Source of the DNA: the human T2T-CHM13v2.0 reference genome, Homo sapiens
Strand: one strand, 5' to 3'
NCBI RefSeq assembly: GCF_009914755.1
Contig: NC_060934.1
DNA length: 64,000 bases
In this document: positions 1 to 14,319 of the stretch, piece after piece
How the letters are laid out: the number at the start of each line of letters is the position of its first letter
Position numbering within the stretch: the first letter of the stretch is position 1
Position numbers and translations under genes: made by a program
Notes under the pieces: model-generated
What the model was told of the DNA's origin: nothing
The model's database searches: none
What the model saw: only the letters and a program-made list of their open reading frames with translations

Positions 1-3000
1 TAGGCACATAATATTTAGGATAGTTAAGTCATTTTGTTGGATTGAACCATTTACTATTATGTAGTGCTGTTCTTGTCCTTGTCTAATGTTGTTGATCTAA
101 AGTCTATTTTATCTGATATAAGAATAGTGATCCAAGCTTTCTTTTTTTCTGTTTGCATGACGGATCTCTCTCTAATCCTTTACTGTGAGTCTGTGGGTGT
201 TATTACATGAGAGATGGGTCTCTTGAAGACAGCAGACATACAGTTATTGTTGTTTTTTACCCAATTTGCCACTCTGTGCCTGTTAAGTGGGGTGTTAAGG
301 TCATTTACATTCAATGTTAATATTGATGTGTGAGGTTCTGTTCTATCATGAAGTTGTTAGCTGGTTGTTTTGTAGTTCCTATTGTGTAGTTGCTTTAAAG
401 GGTCTGTGGGTGATGTACTTGACCGTGGTTTTGTGGTATTCTTCTTTCATCTCCATGTTTATAATTCCCTTAAGGATCTCTTGTATGCCTCATCTAGTGG
501 TAATAAATTTCCTTCACAATTCTTTGTGTGAAAAAGTTTTTATTTTTCCTTTCCTTATGAAGCTTAGTTTGGTGGGGTATACATTTCTTGGTTGGAGCTT
601 CTTATCTGAGAATGCTAAACATAGGCCCACAGTCTCTTCTGGATTGAAGGGTTTCTTCTGAGGAGTACACTGTTAGCCCTAGGGAGTTCCCTTTGTAAGT
701 GATCTCAGCTTTTAAGATTTTTTCTTTAGCCTTGACCTTAAACAGTCTAGAGACTACATGGCTTGGCGATGTTCATTTTGTGTTGTATCTTACAGGTGTT
801 TCTGGATTTCTTATATCTGAATGTCTACCTTTCTAGGAAGATTAGGAAAATTTTCTTGAACTATTCCTTCAAATATGTTTTCCAGATTGTTTACATTTTT
901 CCTTCTCCTTCAAGAATGCTAATAATTAATAGGTTTGATTGCTTTACATAATCCCATATTTCTCGCAGATTTGTTCATTTTTATAATTCTCTTTTAAAAT
1001 TTTTGTCTGAATGGCTTAGTTCAACAGACTGGCCATCTAGTTCTGAAATTCGTTTTCTGCTTGGTCTAGTCTATTGACAAAGCTTTTAGTTGTATTTTGA
1101 AATTCTGCAAGTGAGTTTTTCAGTTCCAGTAGCTCTGATTGATTTCTTTTTAAAATGTTTACCTTTTCCTTTATTTCTTGGATTGCTTTACAGGTTTCTT
1201 TGTCTTAATTTTCAACCTTATCTTGGAGCTCATTGAGTTCTGTGATCCATGCTTTGAATTATCCGTCTTTTATCTCTATACCTACATTTTGGCTTGGCAT
1301 CATTGCCAGAGAGTTAGAGTGAGGCTTCGGTTGTCACACATTCTGATTTTTTATAGTGGCAGAAATCTTACGCTGCTTCTTTCTCATCTGGAGAGTGTTG
1401 CATTGGGTAGGGTATTTTGGCTTTGCTTCTGTAGTCCTCTGCACTTCTGGCAGCAGGTTTTGTATTGGGCTGTGTGGTCCAACCTATAGGCCAGTAGGTG
1501 ATATTTGCAATAAGAGCCAACTGCTGCATAAGCAGGTATGTATGAACTTGATCATTGTTTACTGTGAGGTAATTTCTGTAGTTTCAGGTGAAGGGCTGAA
1601 CAGTGGGGTGTTCAATATCCTGTACTGTTGAGATGGCAGGACACAGCTAGGCAGAGCTGGAGCCCCTCACTTGCCCATGAATATCCCAGTGGTGAGTGTA
1701 GGCACCTGCCATGATGAGGGTGGCTGGGTGAAATTCCTGGTGAAGTGCGCTGAGGAGGCTGCCACAGCTCCCTGTCCTAGAAAGGCAGGAATGAAATCTG
1801 TTTCCCTATGGCACCCCTGTTCCAGGTCCCTTGACTCCTAGTTCAGATGCATACCAGAGTCTATCTCTGGGCTATAATATGGTTGAAACCAACAGGGAAT
1901 GCCTGTTTTGTGACTCTTTATGGGAGTGGTTTCATGGCATAACCTCATCACTCAACCCGATATAGATACCTTTAAAGCTTGCCTGTTCTTCGATGTGGCA
2001 GGATCACCGCTTCTCGTAAAGGGAAGGAGGGCTCCATCTTTGCACTCATGTGAGCTTGCCAGTGAGTGTTGGTTGTCATGGTGTCAGCTGAGTGGGTTGG
2101 CCCAACCTCAGACCCTGAGGGAACAGGACAGGTGCTAACAGAGTAGGTTGTTCTCCAGTTCCCAGGCTTCCAAATGGCCTACTGGACAGTGTGTATGAGT
2201 CCTGAGGGGGCTGGACTCGGGTTGGGTTAGCACAGAGTTCAGGTGTTGGCTGTTGTGAAGTTAGGAGGGGTGGACTGTTCCCTGGGTCACCAGCCAACCT
2301 CTCAGGTAGGGGCTGGTAGAACACTTACGCAGTGGGATCCTAATTATCATAGTCTTGTAGGGGCTGGGTTTTCAGAAGGGCCCTGGGATGCAGGTGAAAT
2401 GTTCAGGCAAGGGCAGGATGGTTGTGCTGTAAGACTTTCATTGGAGAAGGTGGGATCCCTGAGCTGGCGCAGTGGAGATTGTTGGCTGTGGGGTGCCTGG
2501 CACACTCACACTTCTCTTTCACTCAAATGATGCCCAGCTTTACTGTTGAGGGCATGCAAAAATGCCAAGCATTGTGTTACCCCTGAGAGTTTTGTTCCGT
2601 GGAAACACAGACACATAACCCACTGTAGTGTTCGGGGGGGCGGTGGGGTCATTGTGCTTGAAGCGCAAGCCATGGAGCCTTGACTGGTTGGGAGCAGTGG
2701 GGCTGTGGGGGGTTGGCGGTCACAGTCTGCAGCCTGGGCGTTCCCTGGGGCAATGGAGGGCTGTGCCTGCCAGCACAGTTCAGGCACGGGGAGGGTCACT
2801 GTGGTGCTAGAAGCCAAAGCTGGCTAGCCTTGCTTGGCTCAGAGCAGGGATTCACACTACCATCTGGGAGGTTTCCTAAGAAATGTCAAGCTGTACCCAC
2901 TGGCAGAGTTCAAGCAGGAGTGGGGTCACTGCGCTGGACACCCAAGACAAACTTCCTGGCAAAGAGAAGCACAGCAGTCTGTCTGCTCCTCAGCACTGTA

Positions 3001-3400
3001 ATTGTGGCATCTATCAGAGCTATGGCAGTGGGCACCTGGCTGCTCAGGAATCCCAGACCTGTGGGGATCCACTTGGGGGACTCTCACTCACTCACCCTCT
3101 CCCTGTTGTCAGGAGTTTCACCAGGCCCCACGCAATTACGGGTAGGTGGCTGCTGCCTGGCTTTGCTACTGTCAACAGACAGCAGCAAAGTAGCTAACCC
3201 AACAGTAGCTAACCCGACCCAGGTCCAGCCCCCTCAGGACTCATATACACTGTCCAGTGAATTGGGATTCACATTGGGTGAATCCCAATGTGGTCTCTTA
3301 GACAAACTACTTGAAGAATTACTATTTACTCTCCACTTTGTTTTCTCTCTGCAAGAGTGTTGCACACTAGCTGCTTCTAGTCAGCCATCTTGAACTTTGT
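1..3400 (-). mobile_element. Old LINE-1 (L1PB-like), 5' portion: long 5'UTR, decayed ORF1, start of ORF2 endonuclease; continues off the left edge
   Basis: 3372-3392 reads CAAGATGGCTGACTAGAAGC on the minus strand (L1 5' YY1-motif start). 1-400 matches antisense ORF2 EN region (atatttaggatagttaagtc...ccatttactattatgtagtg). ~450-1300 is ORF1-like antisense; 1500-3390 is a GC-richer 5'UTR. Confidence 0.85.
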
Positions 3401-3844
3401 TCTCCTTTATATCAAAGCAAGATCAAAAAGAAATGCCTTACTTATCTTCTCTCCTTTCCTACTCTGTCACCTGAAAAACACATTATTTACTCTTCTTTAT
3501 CAAACATGTGTATACTGACAGTACAATTAGCCCCAAATGATCTTTCCCATTGATCCACCTGCCTGATTTCAATCAGGTAGCTTAGTACCAAGGAATACAA
3601 TGTATGTCACCTTTAACCTGGGTGGGTCATTCTTAGTGTGATTCAGCATAGGTGACTAATCTTAATTCTGGACCACTGGAAATGTCCTGAAATAATAAAC
3701 ACTGGCATAGCATCTGTCTATGTCAAGTCCAACTGAATGTTTCTGCTTCTGCTATTTTGTGAATTACCACATATTAGTAACACATATTAATTTCAATTAA
3801 ATCTTATTAATATCTAGCATATGTATAACTACAAGTAATGATAT

Positions 3845-3944
3845 TTTTTTCTTTTTTTTTATTATACTTTAAGTTTTAGGGTACATGTGCACATTGTGCA
3901 GGTTAGTTACATATGTATACATGTGCCATGCTGGTGCGCTGCAC
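3845..3944 (-). mobile_element. Very young, severely 5'-truncated L1 3' end (L1PA2/L1HS-like, ~100 bp with poly-A)
   Basis: poly-T followed by attatactttaagttttagggtacatgtgcacattgtgcaggttagttacatatgtatacatgtgccatgctggtgcgctgcac, which matches the young L1 3' terminus as I recall it. Confidence 0.9.
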
Positions 3945-4674
3945 GATAATTTTATTTTCAAATAAAATTTGGAGAAAGGAGGTAATCTAATGACCAGTAG
4001 AATGTAGTTCTATTTCTGTTTAATTGTAGGGACAAATGCCATCCTTGGAAGTCTTTTTTACTATTATAGTTTGATTACATTATTATCTTATTTGATCATT
4101 ATCAAGAAAAGATAATCACAATAAATATTATTATTCAGGAATAATTATGCAACAAACACTGAGTTATTAAACTATAATTATACTCATTTTGTAGCTAAAT
4201 AACTTGAAACATGTAGAGATGTAATTATTACTAGAAATCACATTTCAGGAAAGTGGGAGAGTCACTCAGGAACCCTGTTCTTTCTCATACTGAATTCCAG
4301 ACTTAGAGGCATTCTTTGATAGTGCATTTTAAATATTTTATTATTTCCATTCTAATTTCTAAATCTCACAATGCTTTTCATTGCACCGTTCAGGCTGGTT
4401 TTACTAGCTGCCTTTCTATAAAAATAATGTTAAATATTATCTCTATCTTGTGTTATCTCATTGTCAGAGGAATTTTGTAATCTTAGTATTAGTCTGCTTA
4501 AAAATACACCCAGTTTTGGTAATAAAGATACTGACGATGTTAAAAGTAAAAGTTACCATTTACTGGTCAGTTAACACATGCTAGGGTCTATCTTAAATTG
4601 ATTCTCACACAATTCAGAGCAGTTAAAATATATAGAGGCAGAAAGATGAATGACTGTGTAAGAATATGAAGAAT

Positions 4675-4940
4675 TTCTCTCTGCCTGGAACAATTTCTTT
4701 CACAACACCTGCAATGTGATTACAACTCATTCTTCAAGTTTCAACTTAGAATTTACTGCTCCATGTAGACTTTCAAGTCCCCATATCAATTCCTGACAAT
4801 GCATGGCTATGTACCCCGACCTATATGTTCCCTTTTATCCTTTATCATAACACTATGAACTATGTAAGTATAGGAACTTGTTCATCATTGCATCCTATTT
4901 TTAGCAATAATGCTGTTTAATTTGAACAATAAATGAACTA
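4675..4940 (+). mobile_element. Degenerate L2-like 3' fragment
   Basis: ctctgcctggaaca...ctcattcttcaagtttcaactt...catcattgcatcct...aataaatgaa motifs; highly diverged. Confidence 0.35.
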
Positions 4941-5970
4941 ATTATTGGAACTTAATTTCTCCCACCTCCACATTCTTTTGCATTTGAACTAGAAGGAATC
5001 TCTAGTTTAATCCTGGCGGGTGCTTTTGGTGGCTGAAAAAACATTCTCTGAGTCTGTCTATGATTTCAGGCCAAAAGTGGTAGACAGTTCTTACTTCCAT
5101 TGACAAAGTCCTACCTAAACATAATGTGTTTGCATTTCTACTTTTTGGACCCTACAGTTTCTCTAAAGTCTTAAAAATGATCAGCTCATGTAAAAGCACA
5201 TCATGGAAATAAGGGAGAGTTAACTCCCATCAGAGCAACTAACAATTTAAACAGTAAGAATCTTCAGTTAATAACTCGACTTCCAACCTGTTCCACAGAC
5301 AATTTCTGGCAGGCTTTCTGTAAGCTTCTCTGAAGTCCTGGAGTAATATTGCTTAATTCTAAATCAGTGCCTTTTATAAAATACCCTGATATTGGCTTTC
5401 TCTCCATTGTATTTCACATCCCATGCTTTTTCACTCTTGTTCTTTAGAAACAAATCCAAATAACCTGTACTCAATTCCTTGCTTCAAACTGAGACCTTCA
5501 GAAACTATAAAAATCTATTGATCACTAGATTTCTAGATTCATTCAGGTTTTTCCTCCAAAGACAACTTTTCCTCACTCCTCTCTGAACTTGAATCATTAG
5601 CCTGCTTTCTACTTTTAGATTGCTATGACATATAGCATGACAAGATGTAATACTAATATAGCAATGATAGATTCCATTTCTGTGTCTATTCTTCCCAGTC
5701 TTTCTGCAGTTCCTCTACTAATTTTAAGTTTACACAATGACTACCTCTTCATACTCAATCTCCTTGTAATGCTGTAGGTCTCAACTTACTCATTATACCA
5801 TAGCCCTTATTCTAGATACTGAGATGAAATACCTAGAGACCAAGGAAAGGTTGAGTTGGAATTGCTTTGAATTGCAATGAATCTTAATTCAGAAGCATAT
5901 TATTATTGTTATTTAAAAACATCTCTTACCTATTAATTTATCTTTATGTCCTTTTTCTCCTAATGCATCA

Positions 5971-6050
5971 AATATATATATATATATATATTCTGATATA
6001 TATATATATATATATATATATTCTGATATATATATATTTACATTCTGTAT
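5971..6050. repeat. Compound (AT)n microsatellite interrupted by repeated TTCTG
   Basis: (AT)n-ttctg-(AT)n-ttctg-(AT)n...cattctg seen directly. Confidence 0.95.
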
Positions 6051-7445
6051 GTTTATATGTTCATATTATATATGGGGATAAATATATATCCTCATTTCTT
6101 ACCCTATTTTCGATTACTTATATCCCCATTATTATATGTAATACCCCCCTTCATCTCAAGGGTATGGAATCTTTGGCTTTAAAGTAGGAGAGTTTGGAAA
6201 AATACTGTCTTCTTATTTGGGGTAGTAAAAAGATGGAGAAAAAATAAGCTTAGAAAAATACATAATAAACATAAGAAAGGAAGAAAAACTCATCTCTAAA
6301 GAAATGGGGGGATAGAAAATGAATAACTGTGAATTCTTCCAAGATGATTATTGCATTCAGGGGCTTCCTCTATGAGAAAGTATCAATTCCAGCAGGTTCT
6401 TATGCCCTGGGATGTCACATTTCATTAACTATTTTTCAGCTTGTGTAAAAAATATTGTTTTTGTTTCTGTTCATGTACTGAATTGCAGTGAGTGAATTTC
6501 AAGGAATAAATCATTTGCTAAACTAGAATCAACCAATTTGATTATAATGCATTATGTTTCTAAAAATATCTTTGTAATTGAGTTGCTAAAATTTTTGTTT
6601 TGATATGTTCCTTCTATGGTCAAGATAATTAGTTTTCTTCCCTTTTTACTCTTAATATTTTAGTCAAACTATACTGACTTCATAAACTCAGTTGAAAAGC
6701 ATTGGTATTTTTTTAATAACGTGGAAGATTTTGGTAAAATTGGTATTGATTTCACCTTAAATGGTGGAAGAATTTATGAGAAAAGATTAAAGTGGTAAAA
6801 CATTTCTTTTTGGGAAGTTTTTTTTTATTCCCATTCTCTTTATAATAACTTTGCATGAGTAGTATTAAAAAGTTTTGTTTTGTTTTTTAAATATAGGAAT
6901 TAGTCCTGATCCTATGGGAAGTTACATAATAGTATATATTTAATAATATAGGCATACATATAAGATAATCTATATCTCTAGCACACATCTGGTCAATGTA
7001 TCCTTTGTCAAAGTCTAGTGATATATTTCTACACAGATTCTGTTCTTACAATTTTTTCTAAGCTTATTCAGCTTTTTATTTGTTGTCCTCTTTTGGACAT
7101 AGAAATCTCTCCTCAAGTATGAAGTCATTCTAAAACTTTTTCTTTCTGTTTATCCATAACAAATACATCCATAAATTAACTGTCATTATGCCTACCACAA
7201 ACAGGGTATCAATATTACCTGTCCACAATTTATGGTAAAGCTAAAATGATACACTTTCTTGAGAGCATTCATGAATTATCCTCAGTATCACATAAAGAAT
7301 ATTTACCCATTCTCACATTAATCTGTGACAGAATTCAATGGGAGAGAATTCTTGGAAAAAAGAGATTTTCAGAGAAGTAATTGTCATTGTAACTATGCCA
7401 GAGGGCATAAGAGATAATCATATCATTCGATCAGCAACTATAAAA

Positions 7446-7477
7446 GTGTGTGTGTGTGTGTGTATGTATGTATATAT
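7446..7477. repeat. (GT)n/(GTAT)n microsatellite
   Basis: seen directly. Confidence 0.9.
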
Positions 7478-10400
7478 TTCATTTGTATAGCAACTCATAA
7501 GGGTAAAGTGTATATACCTAATTGTAAAGATACATGATATATTTTTGTTATTTTATAACTGAGGCCTGTTAAGAGCATTTAGAGTGAAGCAATTACTGAC
7601 ATGGATTTGTTTGCAACATAAAAAATGTTTTTTTTTAAAAAAGGGAGAAATTCTCAAGGCTGTTTGTTGGAAAAAGTACATATTCACTCATGAATCAATG
7701 GAGTTAAATGAGTTTTAGTAAAAAAGACTTTGAGAATATATGGAAACTCAATCACAATATAAAAAATAAATGTTTTCTTCAAAAAATGAATTAATTTTAG
7801 TTAAGTGTCATACTTATATTCTTACATACTTTAAGGTCATATAATTTAGAATTCAAAATTTCAGACAGTTCTATTTTGAAATGGTGAGAGAAGTCACTAC
7901 CTTCAATGAAAACTAGAGGAGGACAAACTTCTCTGAGTGCTGCGCTTTCTCTTCCTTCCCCCTTAATAACCAGAATCAGTTTAATAATATTTAAACTGAG
8001 TAAGTCTTCCAGGAATGCTTTTCTTATTTATACATCTCTCCTATCAATTAGCTGACAAAAAGCAATACTGCTTCTGGAATTTCACAAGGGTAATACTATA
8101 AAACAAAATACTATAAAACAAAATGAGGGAAAGATTGGCTATTTTCTTTTCCCTTTTAATTTTACTTTTTCATTTATAATGTTTCCAATTTGATAACTTA
8201 TGGAGTCTGTAAAATGGACCTGTGTGTAAGTCTTGGTATTTCCTATTTGCCACAAGCTTTCTTCTTGAATGTAGTGTTTGTCCCTGTTTAATAGCATTTT
8301 AAATCATTTTTTCTGGCAAAATAAACCTGTACATGTAGGGAAACAGATATAATTTTCATATTACCAGTTGGTGAACTGGGGAAATCGGTCCAGCTCAAGG
8401 TCATAGTAATTACAGTCAAAGCACACACATAAAAGAAGAATCTCCTACAAGTTGATTTTGAGAGGCTAATAAAGCGTATCTACAGTATTTTGTAAACTGC
8501 AAGACATGATACTTTAAATATTCTTATTATAATACTCATATTAAGAAACATTCTCAAATATAAATCATAGATGAATTGTTTCAAATAAAGTGTGAGTTTA
8601 TGCCTCCATTTTATTTGTGTTATTTTATTTGTGCAAATAAAGAACTATGTTTACTTTCCTTTTGCTTATGTGCTTAAACAATTATAAGTTAGAGATTAAT
8701 TTACAAATTAATCACAAACAAAATAACCAAAGCAGTAAAATTCTATCTAATTAACAATCTTAATTGAGTGTAATGGATTGCTTATATTACTGAGCTGGAA
8801 ATAAATCACCGATTTTGTTTTTAAATTAGAAATATAATGTGCCAGGTTTTGTTCTATAATTAATGTTTTTTCCTCTTTTACTTCAATACTACTTATGTAG
8901 AGTTCACTGATTTACAATCTATGTTATACAATATGTACCTGAAAATATTAAGACTTTGTTTTCCTATTATAATCAGACCTCATATTTATCTAACACTCAA
9001 CTAATGAACATTTGTCACTTTAAAGATGTGTCATTTATTATAACGCCATCTTACTCTCTTAAATATAAGATTAACCCTGCAGTTTAATGAATTCTGAATT
9101 GAATAAACATGTAGTCCAATAATTGTTAGAATAGAAAAAATACTCCTGGCATATTTATTAAAACTTCTGGAGAGAATATTTCAGGAAATAATGTGCAAAT
9201 AGGTGATTCAAATATATGGAGATATCTGTTGAAAATGGGCTATAATACTATCTCTTGCTTTGAATTCTGCTGCCTACACCAGAGTGTACTCTGTGACAAC
9301 CCAGCTCCCTTGATTTTTTGTATTATTTAAATTACTGAAAGTCTTAGTTTGCAAAAAGCACTAGGTCATTTGGTTTTAACTTTACAAACATATGATTGTT
9401 AATACAGAAATATTAGTCATAAAAATTAGCAATCCTCAGTTGAACAACGTGGTACAGAACATGTTTTTTGGTGTTTATTAAATTACGAATTGAACACCAC
9501 AAATTCAACAATCTTAGAGTGAATCAAGAGTCACAGGAGCATTTTCAAATATGCTGATAGTCCTCAAGTTGAAAAATTTTGCCATTCTGTCTCATAGCAG
9601 AAGAAATGGTTTATGAAACAATTTTGAGGAAAATAATCAACAGCCCTTTCTTGTTTTCATCACCATCATCATTATCATCATTTTTATCCTCACAGTTATT
9701 TTGAAATGTACTAACTTGATCTCTGCGTATGTATACTGTTCTTGAGAATTCTAATTTTCTAATTTCAGATGATGAAACTTTCTTTTCTTTGAATAATCAA
9801 TTTCCCCTAATTGAATAAGTTAATTCAAATTATTTACTTCTGAATGTATATATTCTCCACAAATATTCTTATCATAATGATAATAATTATACTCACTTGA
9901 AAAGGGGCAATCAAAATATTACAAACTACTTTCAGAGTGGAAGATTAAAATATGATAGTTTCTACCTTTTCTTCACAAGGTAGGTACTTATAGAGGATTG
10001 CTTATTTTGATGAATTGGTTCCTGAAATACAATTATTTAGAAATAAATAAACATACATATTTTATAGAGAAAGTGTATCATGCAAATATAATGAAATCAA
10101 ATGAGTTTTCTAAGAAAAAGAATACTGTCTGGCCATTGCTTTTTAAATCTAGTAAATATTTGTGTCCATTTTTTAAAGAAAAAGAAGAATAGCTGTAATT
10201 GAATATGAAGTTTACTGGTACAAGTATTTATAAAGAATAATTGTGAATAGACAATTGATCATACATATCTACTTGTGCTGTACTTTTAAAATAGTTATTA
10301 CAGGAAAGTGTTTTTCAAGATGGTTGACCAAAGACATTGTATGCCAGTTCTCCTGAAAAAGGACATAATTTACCAGTGAATAATTGTAACTTAAATGTAA

Positions 10401-13400
10401 TATTGAGGGGATAATGCTTGAGCATGTCAGAGAACTCACAGAAAGAAGCTGAGGCACAAAAAAAGGAGCAAGAGTTAAGCAGAGATTGAACCCCAGTGAA
10501 ATTGAAGTCCCATGAAAAGGGTAGGTGGGGGTGTTTTTGGCTCCCCTCATTCCTGTGGCAGACTGCTGGTTCTGAAATGTTGGATAGTTGCTTTGCCCTT
10601 GTGAGTCCAAGTGCTGGTGAAGGTGGTAATTTGGTAACATCTTTAGGGTATACCAGGCTGCCTGGTCACACAGTGTCACTCTTCTTCCTTCTACACACAA
10701 GCTGTTGGGGTGGGCATGATACTTGATTTGCACTCGTTTTAAACCTCTTTCCTGACCAGGGAATCTCAGTCATGTGTCTCCTCATCACTGGATCTTCCAT
10801 GAATATTCTCCGGCACATGTTTCAACTGCAGTAGTCACGATGAGCCAGCAGGACCCAAGGCAGCTGTGGGATTCCTGGTGGTCTGACTCTTGGAACAGGC
10901 TACTCCTAGGGGAAGGAAGACTGCAGCCACCAAAGCAGCACCCTTGGGACAAAGAAAATGGAAGTGTGTGCTCTCCTGTGCCTCAGAGGCCCCTGCCTGT
11001 GAAAAGAAGGTGACTGTGACCCTTTCAGTGGAGACACAGGTGCTGTACTGGGCTCTGTGGAGAAGTATGGTTTGTCCCCAGCAGCCAGGTGGCACAGGTG
11101 CTTGCACACAGACATAGAGAGGGGGATTCCTCCTCTACACCCACCCACCTCTGCGATGCAGCCATGGCTGTATCCATGTGGGAATGACATAAATGTGCCT
11201 ATGGATGTCCATTCCATGGCTAATGGGGGACCTGAACCCCCACTGGCAGTGTGTTCACTAGGCCTGGGTTTGCACAAAGGGTGGAGTCCCTCCCTATTTC
11301 TCCATGGAGCAGCAGCATTTCTACAGCAGAGATCAGGTGAGACATAAGGTTGTCTGTTTCAGGCTGAGAGAAGAGATTCTGACCCAAGGTCATGTCAGTG
11401 GAGAGCTGCAAAACAGGTGTTTTTTGTGACCATCAGCTACAATGCAGCCTGGGGACAAATGCCAGTATCCGTCTAAACTAAAAATCTGAGCCATGGGACG
11501 TGGTTGTGATAGGAAGGCAAATCACATTCCTGCTTGCCAAGGATGTGAAGCTGGTACGACCCCCTCCCCTCTCTGCAAAGACCTTGACGCAATGCACACT
11601 GAGCTCTCATTGCCACTCCCAGTAGGGCTGGTGCTTGTACTCATCATTGAGGTATCTGAGAGTGAGCTTGAGGGTCCATTTCTACCCAGTTTTGCCCCAG
11701 CTACAGGGCTGAGCATTATATACAGGTCATCACCGGACATACTACAGACCAGCCCATCACCTAAGACAATGGAGAGCTCCCCACTGTAAACAACAATCAA
11801 GCACATACTCATCTGCTTCTGCCTCAGCCAGCTCTTACATATAAGCCTCACCTCCTGATGTGGAGGTTGAACTGCAAAACCTAATACAAAATCTGCTGAG
11901 AGAACCGCAGAGCACCCTCAGATGAGATGAGATTCCTGAGATCTCCACAATCCCAGTTCTACAGAAAATAGTAATCCTCCTAATATGCCCAGTACATCAC
12001 TCCTACTAGCAACATTTTAGAAAGACACTGAACAAAGGCTATCTAACACCAAGGAACTCAGAGCCTTTGGCCTCCTGCAAGCACCAAGAATTAAAGTTAC
12101 ACACCATCAAAAAGATGCATGGCACTCACAGCTTAAATGAAGGGAAAAAGAATCCCATCCAAATGAAAGTAAATTCAAAAAGAAGTGACAGCTTCTAGAG
12201 ATGAAGAGAAACCAGGGTAACCTTTTTGGCAGCCTGATAAAACAGGGTGTTCACAACACCTGTAAGGGATCTTACTGGCCTCTAACAATGGAGCCTTATC
12301 AAAATGAAAATTCTTAAATGCCACATAAAGAATTCAAAATATGGATTGTAAGGAAGCTCAATGAGATTCAAGTAGAAGTTGAAAACTAACATAAAGAAAT
12401 CAGAAAAAAAAGTCAGGCTATCAACAAAAAAATTACTAAAGAGATGTATATTTTTTAAAAAGAAATTCTGAAAATGAAAAATCACTGAAGAAATTACAAA
12501 ATATAGCTGATAGCTCTAAAAATAGGTTTAACCAAGCAGAAGAAAGAATTTCAGAGCTTGAAGATCAGTCTATTGATTTAACCCAGTGAAAAAAAATAAA
12601 GAAAATGACTTTTTAAAAATGATCAAAGCCTTTGAGAAATATAGGGTTATGTAAAGCATCAAAATGTATGAGTAATGAGTATTTCTGAGGGAGAAGAAGG
12701 ACAAGTAGAAAGTCTGAAAAACCTATTTGAGGGAATAATTGAGGAAAACTTCCCAGGTCTTCCTAGAGATTTAGGCACCCAGACAGAAGCTCAGTTTATA
12801 AGCCCTAAGTACAAGATATAGATTGGCAGAATGGATTAAAAAAACTAATCATATGTTGCTTGCAAACAATGCACCTAACTAGTAATTATAGACTCAAGGT
12901 AAAGGGGTTAAAAAATACATTTCATGCAAACAGAAACCAAAAGCGAGCAGAAATTATCTATGCTGATTTAAAAACAAAAAAAACAGACTTTAAATCAACA
13001 ACAGTAAAAAAGACAAAGAATGCCATTATATAATGATAAAGGGGTCAATTCAATAAATAGACGTAAAAACTCAAGAAATACATATGTACCTAATACCAAA
13101 ACACCCTAATTCATGAAACAAATACTACTAAATCTAAGAATGAAGATAGACATATTTTCATTGTGGGGGATGTCAACACCCACCTTACAGCATGAGATAG
13201 ATTATTGAGGCAGAAAATCAACAAAGTAACACCAGACTTTATTGGACTCTAGACTAAATTGAACTAACAGATTTTTACCAAACATAGCAAACAACTGTAG
13301 AATATACATTGTTCTCATCAGTGTACAGGACATTCTTCAAAATAAACCATATGTTAGGCCACAAGAAAGTCTTAATACGTTTTTAAAAATTGAAATCATG

Positions 13401-14276
13401 TCAAGTATCTTCTTGGACCACAGTAGAAAAACACATGTAGAAGTCAACATCAAGAAAAACACTCAAAATTATACAAATACATAGAAATTAAACAGCCTGC
13501 TCTTGAAGGATCTTTGGAACAACAAGAAAATTAATATGAAAATCAAAAACTTTTCTGAAATGCATCAAAATAGAGAAACAGCATACAAAAATCACTGGAG
13601 TATAGCAAAAGCAGTGCTAAGAGAAAACATTAGAGTGATAAATGCCTAAATCAAAAAGAAAGAAATATCACAAATTAATGAACACCATACCTCAAAGGAC
13701 TAGAAAAAAGGACAAATTAAGCTCAAAGCTAGCAGAAGAAAAATAACAAAGATCAGAGCAGAATTAAATTAAATGGAGACAAAAAAGGATCAATGAAACA
13801 GAAAGTTGATTTTTTTAAAGGATAAACAAAAAATTGAAGACCACTAGCCAGATTAACCAAGGAAAAAAGAGAGAGGATTTAAATAAGACTGATCAGAAAT
13901 GAAAAAGGAGACATTACAACTAATATCATATAAACACAAAAGACCATCAAAGACTACTATGAGCATCTCTACACACACAAACTAGAAAACTCAGAGGAAA
14001 GTGTTAAACTCCTGGAAGCATACAACCTCTCAGGATAGAACCAGAAAGAAATAGAAATATTGAAAAGACCAATAATGAGCAGTGAAAATGAATTGGTAAC
14101 ATAAAGTCTCCCAGCCAAAAAAAGCCCAGGACCAGGCAGATTCGTGGTGAAATCTATTGATACGAACTGTACAAGGAACAGGTACCAATTCTGCTGAAAC
14201 TGTTTCAAAATATCAAGGAGAAAAGAATACTCTTAAGTCATTATATAAAGGCAGCATTATCCTGATACTAAAGTCA

Positions 14277-14277
<1 letters not shown>

Positions 14278-14317
<40 letters not shown>
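14278..14317. repeat. (CA)n microsatellite inside L1 ORF2
   Basis: ~20 uninterrupted CA units. Confidence 0.95.

Positions 14318-14319
<2 letters not shown>

Noticed and set aside
2680-3393. Longest ORF (237 aa)
   Set aside because: Lies antisense in a GC-rich L1 5'UTR, starts at a non-ATG codon, has no recognisable domain and runs through the repair scar; most likely a chance frame.
8092-8121. 15-bp tandem duplication (similar short ones at 39371, 48272, 49321)
   Set aside because: Ordinary slippage in AT-rich DNA.
10269-11851. Cluster of overlapping ORFs on both strands
   Set aside because: GC-rich L1 5'UTR with few stop codons; no protein similarity that I recognise.
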